From the NCBI GenBank assembly GCA_963726255.1, contig CAVSBL010000002.1:1248001-1312000 (forward strand): a stretch of 64,000 nt of DNA, read 5' to 3'. A model generated the notes under the pieces. The model ran no database searches. It had not been told where the DNA came from and saw only the letters and a program-made list of their open reading frames with translations. Of the stretch, positions 48,265-58,479 are shown in pieces. Made by a program: the position numbers and the translations under genes. Numbering within the stretch: position 1 is the stretch's first letter; each line of letters begins with the position of its first letter. This stretch comes from Candidatus Bathyarchaeota archaeon. Lineage in GTDB: Archaea > Thermoproteota > Bathyarchaeia > 40CM-2-53-6.

Positions 48265-48408
48265 CTATTCAGGTGGAATCCTTGAGAAGATCGCTGAGTA
48301 GTCGACTCTTTTCCCCGTCGGGCCAAACCTATAGTACGCGTAAATCAACGCCCCGATTATACCTAGAACGGCTGCCCATTCCAGCGCGTAAGAATTAGCA
48401 AGTCGAGA
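48265..48408 (-). pseudogene. Remnant of the C-terminus of an APC-type permease
   Basis: TM helix followed by VDYSAIFSRIPPE*; upstream in-frame stop and no start codon. Confidence 0.35.
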
Positions 48409-48570
48409 TCTTTATTGCGTCTCTTCTCCATTTCAAAGCAGTTACGACGAATGGTACCGAAGCTAAGGCCGACCTAAGTCAAATTTAGGGCGGTCGGAGA
48501 AATACAAGTCTATTAACGTAAACCGCCCCGTCGTAACGAGGCTGGGGTAGGGCATCTGTCGGAACAGACA

Positions 48571-49122
48571 TTGATACTTGTCGATAACAATGACAAGATC
48601 CTAGGTTATGCGCCGAGAAGCGTATGCCACACTGGGATGGGAAAACGTCATAGGGCCTTCGTAATCGCACTCTACAACAGTAAGGGAGAGATTCTGCTCC
48701 AACGAAGGAAGCACGCGCTCTTCAGCAACCTGTGGGACCTTGCCGGAGCAAGCCACCCGCTCCGACTACGTGGCCGAAATGAGTCATACGGGGAAGCGGC
48801 AGCCCGTTGCGTGAGGGACGAGTTGGGCGTCAAAGGGATCGCGTTTCGAAAGATAGGTGCCTTCAACTATTTCGCTCCACATGGGAAGAAGTGCGAGAAT
48901 GAACACTGCGCCCTCATAGTCGGAAAATATGATGGAAAGGTGAAGGCGAACCCTAAGGTCGCCTACGGCTTCAGGTGGACTTCGCTTCAAGAGACGCTCG
49001 CAGAGATACGAAGAAAACCAGAATCCTATGTGATGTGGGCGAAGCTTGGGGCAAAGCTGCTCCGAAGGCACTCACTTGGAAAAAAGTTATTGAAGGCAGA
49101 ACCTGAGCGGCAGAGAACCTAG
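48571..49122 (+). CDS. NUDIX protein, type 1 isopentenyl-diphosphate isomerase-like
   Basis: ILVD, H...RHRAF, LLQRR, SHP, ELG, ENEHC. Confidence 0.75.
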   Translation: MILVDNNDKILGYAPRSVCHTGMGKRHRAFVIALYNSKGEILLQRRKHALFSNLWDLAGASHPLRLRGRNESYGEAAARCVRDELGVKGIAFRKIGAFNYFAPHGKKCENEHCALIVGKYDGKVKANPKVAYGFRWTSLQETLAEIRRKPESYVMWAKLGAKLLRRHSLGKKLLKAEPERQRT

Positions 49123-49176
49123 ACGACGCGCAGGGCTTCGGCCGTATCTTGTTCACGTTCGCCGCGTCATATCACA

Positions 49177-49215
49177 TTCAAATCTGGTTGCTCGTACCAC
49201 CAGACCCACCACCAC
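49177..49215 (-). repeat. tRNA-associated repeat X
   Basis: Minus strand GTGGTGGGTCTGGTGGTACGAGCAACCAGATTTGAA matches the 2213-2260 copy. Confidence 0.6.
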
Positions 49216-49323
49216 GTTCACGCAGTGCGCGGTGAGGTCTGCCAGCACCCTTGGAATACGCCTTCGGTTCTAGGCGCTAGGTCTTTTATCGCAGCTGGAT
49301 GGGAGTCTGCCAGAGAGTTAGCA

Positions 49324-49956
49324 TTGGACAGGGCAGTTGTTTTCCGTACAAGAACCGTTGATCTCGCGCTTGGAGGCGTAATGGCAGCTTTGGCGCTCGT
49401 GATCCCGCTCGCGTTTCGTGGAACACCTCTTCAACTGAACTTACCCTTCTTAGGTTTCTCGGCGACGTTGGCTTCGCATGTTCCTGAGATGATCTCAGTA
49501 CTTGTTGGACCGTCGATGGCTTTCGCCGTAGGTGTAGCCTCCGCGTTGGGTTTCTTCGTTACGTTGAGTCCCGTGGTTGGTTTGAGAGCATTCACTCACG
49601 CTCTCTGGGGATCTTTAGCTGCAATCGCGTATTGATCGGGATGGAGTTACCTGAAAGTTATGATCATTATCGCGTTGCCCATCCACGCATTCGGAGAGGG
49701 GTTAGCGGTCATGGCTTTCGGGTTCCCCGTGCAAGCCGTACTCGTCACCATCGTGGGCACCGCTATCCACCACGTTATCGACTTGGTCATCTCGATGGGG
49801 GTCATTCGTGCTGCACGACCCATTCTGGCTCCGATAATATTGACCGGCGTCCGCTTGACTCAATCCTCTCAACAGAAGACCAAGCAGCAATGTTATACGA
49901 AGGGGGTTCAGGTGAGCGCTTGTTCAGGATTTTTTGATGAATCAAAATACTCGTGA
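49324..49956 (+). pseudogene. ECF S-component-like (NiaX-like) membrane protein with in-frame TGA at 49633-49635
   Basis: FSATLASHVP, LRAFTH, PIHAFGE; the two ORFs share one frame separated by a single TGA. Confidence 0.7.
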
Positions 49957-50007
49957 CTTCAACAGCACCCTATCTTTGGGCTATCGATGAAACAATAGTT
50001 GGTGGTA

Positions 50008-50039
50008 GTGCGCACCACCAGATCCATGCACATCAAAAA
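50008..50039 (-). repeat. tRNA-associated repeat X (partial)
   Basis: Minus strand TTTTTGATGTGCATGGATCTGGTGGTGCGCAC, about 52 bp past the tRNA-Glu 3' end. Confidence 0.5.
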
Positions 50040-50091
50040 CGACGTTACGGTCGCAGTACAGCTTGTGCACTCATTAGAATTCAAGTAGGGT

Positions 50092-50224
50092 TGGTGCTCC
50101 GGGCGGGATTCGAACCCGCAATCAGTGACTAAGGGGAACCTTTTCCCCGGCACCGAGCCTCGAAAGGCCACTATGCTCTCGGTCCAGCTTCATTCACTGG
50201 TTAACCGGGCTACACCACCGGAGC
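50092..50224 (-). tRNA. tRNA-Glu(TTC) with two introns (D-loop and anticodon-arm 3' side), CCA encoded
   Basis: GCTCCGG/CCGGAGC acceptor, GTGGC-CTTTCGA-GTCAC after removing a ~30-nt intron, GGTTCGAATCC. Confidence 0.88.
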
Positions 50225-50266
50225 TCCACTTCAAACGAAGCGCACGAGTCTTTAAGTTCTTTCGCG

Positions 50267-50542
50267 TCAGTAGGTTACTCGGAAATCTCGGAACTCTCCT
50301 CTCCACTCCTCCCAATTTACATCGAAATCTTGGACGTGGGCGCCAGGCGGTCCGCGTTGGCAAAAGGCTACGGCTTCCTCGACCTTTTCTTTTTCTCCTT
50401 CAAAGAGTGCTTCGACGTGTCCATCTGGTAAGTTGCGGACCCATCCCGTAAGGCCGAGCCGGTGAGCTAGATTGGCGGTCTCGGCTCGAAAGAACACACC
50501 TTGAACCCTCCCGCCCGCATAGACATGTGCTCTCGCCTTCAC
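50267..50542 (-). CDS. acyP: Acylphosphatase
   Basis: GRVQGVFFR, GWVRN, GPPGA. Confidence 0.92.
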   Translation of the reverse strand: MKARAHVYAGGRVQGVFFRAETANLAHRLGLTGWVRNLPDGHVEALFEGEKEKVEEAVAFCQRGPPGAHVQDFDVNWEEWRGEFRDFRVTY

Positions 50543-50606
50543 CGTCCCACACACCCATGCATGCATCTCTAAATAATCGCGGAATGAAAGTATCTCGTAG
50601 AATAGT

Positions 50607-51745
50607 TTGCGAGCAGTAATCGTTGAGCTGAAACTCCCAGCCCTTCCGCCGTTGGCTGATGAAACGAAGACTATGGCTGAGAACATCGGCTACGAGGTGG
50701 GTGGGACATTAATTCAGAAGAGGAAGAGCGTTCACCACTCCTACACCATCGGGCCCGGAAGATTGAAGGACCTGAAGCGATTGGTTGAGGAGACTGACGC
50801 GGACACGGTTATCTTCGCTAACGCGCTCACGAGCAGCCACGTCTTCAAGCTAACCCAGTACCTTGGCGGAGAGGTGCGTGTGATAGATCGTAACCTACTG
50901 ATACTCGAGGTATTCGATAAGCGAGCGTTCACGAACGAGGCGAAGCTCCAGATTCGCCTGGCCAAGCTCAAGTACACTCTATCGTGGGGTAGGGAGTTCA
51001 TCAAGCTGCGCGGTATAATGGGTGAACAGCTTGGTTGGATGGGACCAGGTGATTACCCATACCAAGAATACTACCGCGCGGCCAGGAACCGAATCAGCAG
51101 AATTGAAGATGAGCTTGACGACATCTACAAGAAGAAGATGCTCAAGCGGGACCGAAGGCGGGAACTTGGGTTTCCAATTGTTGCGTTGGCCGGTTACACT
51201 CAAGCTGGCAAGACAAGTTACTTCAACTTGGTAACTCATGAAGAAAAAGCCGTGGGCCTGGGACCGTTCACAACCCTCGGCACGTTCGCCGCAGAGCCAA
51301 TACGAGTTCCAACCCTGCCCATGACTCGCCGGAGTTCATTCTTATCGATTCAATTGGTTTCATAGAAGATATGCATCCCATAATCTTGAAGGCGTTTCAT
51401 GCGACACTGGGGGAACTGGCGACCGCCGACCTGGTTCTGTTGTTCGTTGATGCGAGCGATGCGGAATTCCCCTTGGAGAGAAAGGTTCGGTCATGCAGCC
51501 AAATCCTTCGTGAGATCGATATTACGTCACCAACAGTAGTGTGTGCGAACAAGATAGATCTAGTTTCGTCCGAGGAACTAGAGCAATCTATTTCCACGAT
51601 TAGGAAGTATTTTGTGAACGAAGATATCGTCTCGGTTAGCATCAAGACTGGGCAGAACTTGGACAAAGTTCTAGGCTTGGTTCGGTCGAAGCTGCAAGCA
51701 CAGAAACTCATAGTGAGGCCAGGAACGCCTCGACCGCAGCATTGA
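50607..51745 (+). CDS. hflX: GTPase HflX, frameshifted at ~51290 (possible sequencing error)
   Basis: IDR.LLILEVF, EAKLQ, GYTQAGKT, FTTL; after the shift D.IGF, AFHATL, NKID. Confidence 0.85.
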
Positions 51746-52388
51746 ACGAGCGATGCTTCTCCAGCATGACGCTGTGTCCCGCACCGGGTATCACGACAAG
51801 CTTTGAGCCACTTATTTTCTGATGAAGGTACTGCGAATATTTGACTGGGGTCATGCGGTCATCCTCGCCTACGACGATTAGAGTCTTGCATGTTATTTTC
51901 TGCACGTCATTCATTCGGTCGAATTTATCGCATGCCATGAAATCGCCGTAGGTGACCTGAGGATTCATTCGTAGCAACTCTTGAGCAATCCTTTCGGCTA
52001 TTACAGGATCCGAGCTGGGAGATACGGACCAGGTGGCGATTAGTTTGCTGGCCTCCTCGTAGTTCTCGTTGACTTTGGATAGAAGGGCTGGGTGAACTCT
52101 AAGGCGCGCGCCAGTTCCGACTAGAACTAGCCCTGCTAGTTTGAAGTTGGCTAAGGCGAGTGTGATTGCGATTCCCCCACCCATCGAATGGCCTATAAGA
52201 ACCGGTTCCTTAACGGCCTCTTTCCTGATATGCTCCTCAACTGATGACGCATAATCCTCGATTGTGCTATACCCTGTGCCGGTTGGATGGCCGGGCAGTT
52301 CCACAGCCAAGGACCCTTTGAAATGTAGGAGCTGAAGCCGCCAAAGCATAGGGCTTGCTCCGGCGCCGTGAATGAATATGGGCGTCAA
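51708..52388 (-). CDS. Alpha/beta hydrolase
   Basis: FIHGAG, GHSMGG, D, GAGH. Confidence 0.9.
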   Translation of the reverse strand: MTPIFIHGAGASPMLWRLQLLHFKGSLAVELPGHPTGTGYSTIEDYASSVEEHIRKEAVKEPVLIGHSMGGGIAITLALANFKLAGLVLVGTGARLRVHPALLSKVNENYEEASKLIATWSVSPSSDPVIAERIAQELLRMNPQVTYGDFMACDKFDRMNDVQKITCKTLIVVGEDDRMTPVKYSQYLHQKISGSKLVVIPGAGHSVMLEKHRSFNAAVEAFLASL

Positions 52389-52477
52389 ATCTACCCGCTC
52401 TCGTATGCACAGTTGGGGCTAGAGACAATATAGAATAAGCGCAGATAGTTCGAATACAAACCGGAGGCGATGGGGCA

Positions 52478-53437
52478 TTGCGCACCCTATTTCTTTGTTT
52501 AGCAGTCGTTGCGCTGCTGACCATTGGCGTATCCTCTCCAGCCCCAGTTTTCGCTGCGAAAAAGATGCTCATGCAAGCGGCCTTGAACCCCACCGAAACC
52601 GATCAAGGCGTCACCGTGGCAATTACTGGGCGTGTTTTCGACCCGGCTAATACATCAATTCCAAACGCCGTCGTTTCGATTCAAGTTAATAACCCTCAAG
52701 GAACGAGCGTCCACCTCGCCGTCGCCTACACCGACCCCAACGGCTTCTTTCAGGATGCGTTCTTCATCGCATCGAACTCGCCCGGAGGCAATTACACTGC
52801 TTTCCTTGTCGCCGACAAGCCCGGTTATGACACCGACCGCGTAACGCTACCCTTCACCTACGCTTCGCCAGACTTTTCGATGCAAACCTCCACATCAACA
52901 CTATCACTACGCCAGGGAGAAACGAGTGCGGTTAGCGTGACCGTCCTCTCCATTCGGGGCTTTCGTGCGTTAGTGAACTTGACTGCACTAGAGCTTCCGG
53001 CCGGTGTCACTCTTCAATTCAACCCTGCCTCTGTCGTGCCGGGCGGGACAGCTACCGTGACCGTGGCAATATCCAGTTTCGCCGCGGTTCGTAACTATAC
53101 GATAACACTCCTCGGAGTCTCAGGGTCGGTGACACACAAAGTTTCGCTACAAGTCGAGGTGGCGCCTGGCCCCGTCCAAGGGATTTACTTGCCCATCACA
53201 ATCACAGCGATTGTTCTCGCTGCTTTCTTCCTGTTGCTCAGGTACCGTGGCAGGCATAAGCGGAGGGAAGTTGCACTGGAAGAATTGATCAAACAAGCAT
53301 CGGCCGATAAGGGCTATGTGGCAACCGCACGCGCCATCGCCCGCCTGGAAGAACTGAGGGCTATGAACACAGTGGACGAGGCAACATATCTACGCCTGAG
53401 GAAGGAATATGAAAAGCGTCTGGAGAAATCGAAATGA
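52478..53437 (+). CDS. Secreted, membrane-anchored Ig-like (MG2/carboxypeptidase-regulatory-like) protein with a SHOCT-like cytoplasmic tail
   Basis: Signal peptide, beta-rich domains, TM helix, LEELRAMNTVDEATYLRLRKEY. Confidence 0.75.
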   Translation: MRTLFLCLAVVALLTIGVSSPAPVFAAKKMLMQAALNPTETDQGVTVAITGRVFDPANTSIPNAVVSIQVNNPQGTSVHLAVAYTDPNGFFQDAFFIASNSPGGNYTAFLVADKPGYDTDRVTLPFTYASPDFSMQTSTSTLSLRQGETSAVSVTVLSIRGFRALVNLTALELPAGVTLQFNPASVVPGGTATVTVAISSFAAVRNYTITLLGVSGSVTHKVSLQVEVAPGPVQGIYLPITITAIVLAAFFLLLRYRGRHKRREVALEELIKQASADKGYVATARAIARLEELRAMNTVDEATYLRLRKEYEKRLEKSK

Positions 53438-53438
53438 C

Positions 53439-54212
53439 TCACATTTTCTTGAGGGTCTCAGCAATCTCGCTTACGGACTTCGAGAAAGTGTGGTCGGGCT
53501 TCTCTAATGAGTAGATGATTTTTCCTCCGTACGCCATTAATTCGCACATGCAAGGTATCATCCCTACTAGCGGCAGATCCATGTCTGATTCAATCTGTCT
53601 TTCGAACTTCTCCCGGCCACCCGCCGCAGCTACTTGTTCCACCGGGATCTTGTTCAGGATAATCCCCGATTTTCTACCAAGCGCCTGGTAGACACCTTTC
53701 GAAAGTTCCTTCGTTCCTTCCAAGTCGAATTCGTCCGCTTTCATCACTAAGGAAACGAGGTCGGCTCCAGCCAGCGCGTTTATCGACGAGTATTGTGCGC
53801 CCGGGCTTGTGTCGTATATCAGGTAGTCGACTTTTTTCTGTTCGAAGATTTCTTTCTTTCCAGCGAGCGTTTTGCTTAGCGCTCTTACTTCCCATTTTCT
53901 ATCCTTGCTCATTATGTCCGTCAGAGCTTCGAGCGAAGGGTTAGCGTAACCCACCCACAATTTGCCTCGCAAGTTGAGCCGGCTCGACTCGTCAACGAGT
54001 GTATCGACAATCCCGCACTTCTCCTCAAGATAATCATTCAACCAGAATTCTGGCTTAGCCTTGAATAGAACATTCAGGCTGGGCGCGCGAAAATCGTAAT
54101 CGAGGAGGCAGACATTGGCACCTTGCTTGGCGTACAACGCCCCTAAATTAACGACGAGGGACGTTTTTCCCGTTCCACCTTTGTATGAGTGAAAGGCTAA
54201 ACTCTTACCCAT
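53439..54212 (-). CDS. MinD/ParA-family ATPase
   Basis: Deviant Walker A HSYKGGTGKT, LLDYD...P, YDTSPG, ILNK. Confidence 0.9.
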   Translation of the reverse strand: MGKSLAFHSYKGGTGKTSLVVNLGALYAKQGANVCLLDYDFRAPSLNVLFKAKPEFWLNDYLEEKCGIVDTLVDESSRLNLRGKLWVGYANPSLEALTDIMSKDRKWEVRALSKTLAGKKEIFEQKKVDYLIYDTSPGAQYSSINALAGADLVSLVMKADEFDLEGTKELSKGVYQALGRKSGIILNKIPVEQVAAAGGREKFERQIESDMDLPLVGMIPCMCELMAYGGKIIYSLEKPDHTFSKSVSEIAETLKKM

Positions 54213-54224
54213 TCTTGGTTTCCC

Positions 54225-54626
54225 TCAAGTCTCCACGTAGAAGTACACGTCGCGGCCTTTGCGTTTCTTCTTGACTAGTCCCATGGATACGAGTTGATTT
54301 AGGTAATCGCTTTCAACTGCCCGAACCCTTCCGGTCTCTTTGGAAAGGTCTGTTGCTGTGGCCTCTCCAAGTGTCGCCAAGCCCAACGCAGACTTCCGCA
54401 GGTGATCGGGTAGGGAGAGAAGGGTGGTTACATCAAGCGGCAGGTTTTCGGGGAGAGACATCGTTGAGCGCATAATCTGGCCACCTGAAGAACGCTGAAC
54501 TTCGATGAGTTTGTCAAGCTTCTTAGAAATGGCTTCCATGTTTCTGTTCATCCTCTTTAGTAGGTCAACTAGGACAGGATCAGTGCTCTTTGAGCTCACC
54601 GGAACCCACATGAAGACCTGCGTCAC
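54225..54626 (-). CDS. Coiled-coil plus winged-HTH protein
   Basis: LLSLPDHLRK...ATATDLSKETGR.RAVESDYLNQLV.MG..K.RKGR.VYF. Confidence 0.8.
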   Translation of the reverse strand: MTQVFMWVPVSSKSTDPVLVDLLKRMNRNMEAISKKLDKLIEVQRSSGGQIMRSTMSLPENLPLDVTTLLSLPDHLRKSALGLATLGEATATDLSKETGRVRAVESDYLNQLVSMGLVKKKRKGRDVYFYVET

Positions 54627-54737
54627 CAGACTATATGAAGTATGTTAGCGCTACACATAGACAGGAAAGGTAAGTGTAGTTGTGTGGCACGAAAAAACAC
54701 TTAAATACCTAACCGTCCCGTACAGGTTCGAACCAAG

Positions 54738-56297
54738 ATGTCTCCGCTGGTTCGCACTAGAAGTGCGATTGTAATTTTGCTTTGCGCCATAGCGGCGTCC
54801 TCACTGATCCAAATTGGCGCAATGTTGCCCGCCGCTGTGTCTGCCGAGAACACGATTTCAATACAGCTGCCGCGGGCGCCCGGGAGTACTGAGCAACTCT
54901 CGGCGAATGGGGCGGTGCAAGTTGACCTTGATAGTGGTAAGGTGACGGTTGAGCTTCATCAGGCTATGCCCGAATCGGTCTACACAGTGCTCTTCGTTTC
55001 CGCTCCTACTTCAGCCAATGTCCAAGTCGCAAACATCACAACCGATCAAGGAGGCGAAGGTAATGCTCATGTGGTAATGAGTTCCGGGACATATTTGGGC
55101 GTCTTCGAAGTACTACGGATCGGCCTCGTGCAATTTACATCAATGAATGCTTCTTTCACTATCGGGGCAACCGCGTCCACCTCTGTGACTCTTTCGACGT
55201 CTACAAACGAAGCCACATCAACCACAAACCAGACGACCGAGTCCCAAAGCACGGTGTCGGTTAACAACTCCGCAGCGTTCGTCTTTCAGGTGGAGCCCGC
55301 ATCTAGGTCGATCACTGCCGGAGATTTTGCGAAATTTGATGTGATGCTCGTACCAGGCGGTACAGTTGGAGCCTCAGCGAGCATTCTCCTAGTGGCAAGG
55401 GACGTGCCTCCCGGCAGCGTGGCAATCTTCTCTCCCAACGCAGGCGTCGCCGACCCTGAATTTCACTCCAAATTGACCATTGTAACTTCCGCTAACACGC
55501 CCGCAGACACTTACGTGGTCACGGCCGTAGCTCTCATCAATGGGCATGAATTCACGAATCAGATTACCCTAGAAATATCAGCAACCACAAACCCGATCTC
55601 CACGTCCACTGTTTCAGCGGCCGCAAACCTACTCCTAACGCTAACCACAGACCAGTCTCAGTACCAACCAAATGCAACTGTAACCGTCCACGGCCAAGTT
55701 ACTGATTCCATGGGAAGCGCAATCCCTGATGCTACCGTGTCAATTCAAGCTGATTCACCAACCGGGGCGGAGGTATTCTTTGGGGGCAGCATCCAAACTG
55801 ACGCTGCAGGAACATTCCACGCACAATTCACCATTGCGCCAAGCGCCACGCTAGGAACGTACACGGTCTTCGCAGCTGCAACCAAACCGGCTTATTCAAG
55901 CATAGCCGCGCGTTCAACATTCGTCGTCGGTTCCTCAACTACGCCAAGCGTCATCATTTCCACCGTCTACGCCGGTGACATAGCCGGCAACGCGATATCC
56001 ACCTTCTCAGTTGGACAAACGATAACGATCTGGGTCGTTGTACAGAACGTGGGGACAACATTCCAAGGCCTCATTTGGGTCCAAGTTCGCGATCCGAACG
56101 GCGTACCGGTTCAAATTGGAATTCACATTGCAAACCTCCCCACCGGTGAAACCATCAAGGATGGGATAGGGTTCACCCTTTTGAGTAACGCAACCCCCGG
56201 CGTTTACCGCGTCGACGCCCTGGTTTCTGACAAACTGATCTCCCAAGGCGGGTCTTTCCTAGCAGACGCCCAGACTCAATTTGCCTTAACGGGATGA
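54738..56297 (+). CDS. Secreted multi-Ig-domain surface protein
   Basis: Signal peptide, S/T linkers, MG2-like domain (TDQSQYQP..VTVHGQV...LGTYTV). Confidence 0.75.
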   Translation: MSPLVRTRSAIVILLCAIAASSLIQIGAMLPAAVSAENTISIQLPRAPGSTEQLSANGAVQVDLDSGKVTVELHQAMPESVYTVLFVSAPTSANVQVANITTDQGGEGNAHVVMSSGTYLGVFEVLRIGLVQFTSMNASFTIGATASTSVTLSTSTNEATSTTNQTTESQSTVSVNNSAAFVFQVEPASRSITAGDFAKFDVMLVPGGTVGASASILLVARDVPPGSVAIFSPNAGVADPEFHSKLTIVTSANTPADTYVVTAVALINGHEFTNQITLEISATTNPISTSTVSAAANLLLTLTTDQSQYQPNATVTVHGQVTDSMGSAIPDATVSIQADSPTGAEVFFGGSIQTDAAGTFHAQFTIAPSATLGTYTVFAAATKPAYSSIAARSTFVVGSSTTPSVIISTVYAGDIAGNAISTFSVGQTITIWVVVQNVGTTFQGLIWVQVRDPNGVPVQIGIHIANLPTGETIKDGIGFTLLSNATPGVYRVDALVSDKLISQGGSFLADAQTQFALTG

Positions 56298-57340
56298 GGA
56301 CAATGTCGGATCCAAGAAATCACGATTTAGAGGACATCATATCAAACCTTAACAACATCCGTGAGGAGCTGGCCGAAAGCGTAGCGGCAGCTGATTCAAA
56401 AGGGTTGGACCACATCGACGAGAAAACGAATCACGAGGAAGATCCGTCCTCGCTTGCCCTTGAAGAGTACTTAGCCGGCAGGCTGCAGCAGATAGGTGAA
56501 GTTTCAACAGAGAAGAAAGGAATCAAGGGCTTACGGACTGGGAATGGCTGGGACCCCGGCCAAGTGATAGAGCACGTCTTCAAGATCGACCCGATATCAA
56601 TCAAGCGAGCAGTGGAGATTGCCGTCTCATCAGACCGAAACGCGAAGGAACGTCTTTCAAACTTCTTCAAGCGTTCCGAGGCGGAAGTGAGGATGGTTGG
56701 GACGCCGACGGTTGAATATATTCCAATATGGAAAGTGAAAGGCTTCCACGAATGCTACTACGTCCGGACCAATTCCTACAAGGTGAACGTCAAAGATGAT
56801 GTCGTAGCCGTTGAGGTCGAAAGCAAAAGCAGGGACTTAATCCTTGAACGCAAACACAGCCGACTAATCCCCGCAGCCATCCTAGAACGCCTCCAGAAAT
56901 TAGGCCCATTCCTCACAAACGAGTCAAAATACTTCATTGTGGGCGAAGCCCTTGAACTAGCAACTAAGAGAACAGAGTCCGAACTCGTTGTAACGGGAAC
57001 TGGGCGGCCTCTAACGCGAGACGAAGAAACCGACCTAACCTCTTGGAGGACCAAACGCATCTTCGACATGGAAGGCTTGAAAGTTCGAGGGGTGAACGTG
57101 AACGTTCGTGAAGGCATCTCAAAAGAAGCGCTCCTGAACAAGTTCCAAGAAAGCGTCGTCCGCATGCCGGAACGATTCAAACAAATCCTCAGTAACAAGC
57201 TGCAAATAACAGAACTGAAGCGAATTTATGTTCCCATAATCAAGGTCCCAATGCAGAAGGGCCTCGTCCCACGAGAAGTGATCGTGAACGGAACGAGAGG
57301 AGAAATCGCCGACACACGACTGCTCACCATATTAGAGTAA
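56294..57340 (+). CDS. Hypothetical cytoplasmic protein
   Basis: 348-aa ORF overlapping the previous stop; YIPIWKV and IYVP..VNG motifs. Confidence 0.75.
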   Translation: MRTMSDPRNHDLEDIISNLNNIREELAESVAAADSKGLDHIDEKTNHEEDPSSLALEEYLAGRLQQIGEVSTEKKGIKGLRTGNGWDPGQVIEHVFKIDPISIKRAVEIAVSSDRNAKERLSNFFKRSEAEVRMVGTPTVEYIPIWKVKGFHECYYVRTNSYKVNVKDDVVAVEVESKSRDLILERKHSRLIPAAILERLQKLGPFLTNESKYFIVGEALELATKRTESELVVTGTGRPLTRDEETDLTSWRTKRIFDMEGLKVRGVNVNVREGISKEALLNKFQESVVRMPERFKQILSNKLQITELKRIYVPIIKVPMQKGLVPREVIVNGTRGEIADTRLLTILE

Positions 57341-57445
57341 CCCTTAACGAATGGCGGAAGACGGTAAGCTAAATTTGTAGTTCCTCCCCTCAGGCACCCC
57401 ATAGCGGAGGCGAGTCCACTGAGATTCTCACTGAAAGTACTCCCA

Positions 57446-58450
57446 TTGCTCTTCGTCATCTACGTTCTGTTGCTGGCCCCGCTGGGATTTTCGCAAAGCG
57501 CCCTAACAGTGACTGTTTCAACAAACAAGCCCCAGTACGCTCCAGGAGAGACAGTCATGGTTTCAGGAAGAGTCTTGGATTCCCAGAATAACGCGGTTGG
57601 AGGTGCAACTGTGTCGATACAAATCGGAGACCCTCCTCAATCTTACGATTTGGTCTACAGTGACAATTCTGGGGCCTACCAAGATGCATTCATCATACCC
57701 GCCAACTTTCGGCCCGGCCAATACACCATCTATGTGACGGCGAGTAAAGCCGGATTTACTATTTCCCCTCCGCAACAGACCCAATTCACGCTTGTACAAC
57801 AGAATACTTCTACGACTTCCTCGTCGTCTTCTTCTGCTTCGTCTCAATCCAACGGTCTGCCCAGCCCATGTTTCATTGCCACCGCAACCTACGGCTCGGA
57901 GATCGCGCCAGAAGTCGCTTTACTCCGTCACTTCAGAGACGCCCAAGTACTCCAAACCTCTGCGGGTCGAAGCTTCATGCAGGCCTTCAACGCCTTCTAC
58001 TACAGCTTCAGCCCTCAAGTTGCTGCTTTCATATCCTCCCATGGAGCGCTAAGGTCGGCGATGAAGATCGTTCTCTATCCGTTGATTGGAATCCTTTACC
58101 TTTCAAGCAGAATGTTTCAGGCATCGTCCTTCAACGAGGAACTGGCAGTCGTAATTTCCGGGACATTCGCGGCACTTGGAATTGGGGTTGTCTATTTTGG
58201 TCCGATTGCGATTCTTTGCAGCAGAATGGCGAAGCGTAACGTACGGTCGAGATGGCCGAATGCGAGATGGATGATATTGGGGAGCTGTTTGATCTCAACC
58301 TTTGGGATTGGCGTTGGGGAAGCAAGACAATCACCGGTATTTCTCACGGCAGCTACTGTGGCTGCAGTACTGAGTTTCGTTCTGCTCGGCGCTTTGTCGG
58401 TTCGGACTTTTGCTTCGCTGCTGAACGCGAGCGATAAGAAAACTCGGTAG
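57446..58450 (+). CDS. MG2-like domain plus CFI-box-CTERM surface protein
   Basis: TNKPQYAPGETV; CFIATATYGSE.A.EV..LR.FRD...YYSFSP; C-terminal TMs. Confidence 0.85.
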   Translation: MLFVIYVLLLAPLGFSQSALTVTVSTNKPQYAPGETVMVSGRVLDSQNNAVGGATVSIQIGDPPQSYDLVYSDNSGAYQDAFIIPANFRPGQYTIYVTASKAGFTISPPQQTQFTLVQQNTSTTSSSSSSASSQSNGLPSPCFIATATYGSEIAPEVALLRHFRDAQVLQTSAGRSFMQAFNAFYYSFSPQVAAFISSHGALRSAMKIVLYPLIGILYLSSRMFQASSFNEELAVVISGTFAALGIGVVYFGPIAILCSRMAKRNVRSRWPNARWMILGSCLISTFGIGVGEARQSPVFLTAATVAAVLSFVLLGALSVRTFASLLNASDKKTR

Positions 58451-58479
58451 AGCCGCTTCCGACTACGAGCGGAAGGTCT

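Noticed and set aside
49633-49635. In-frame TGA as possible selenocysteine
   Set aside because: It lies in a transporter loop where a basic residue is expected (AY*SGW), with no redox motif or recognisable SECIS.
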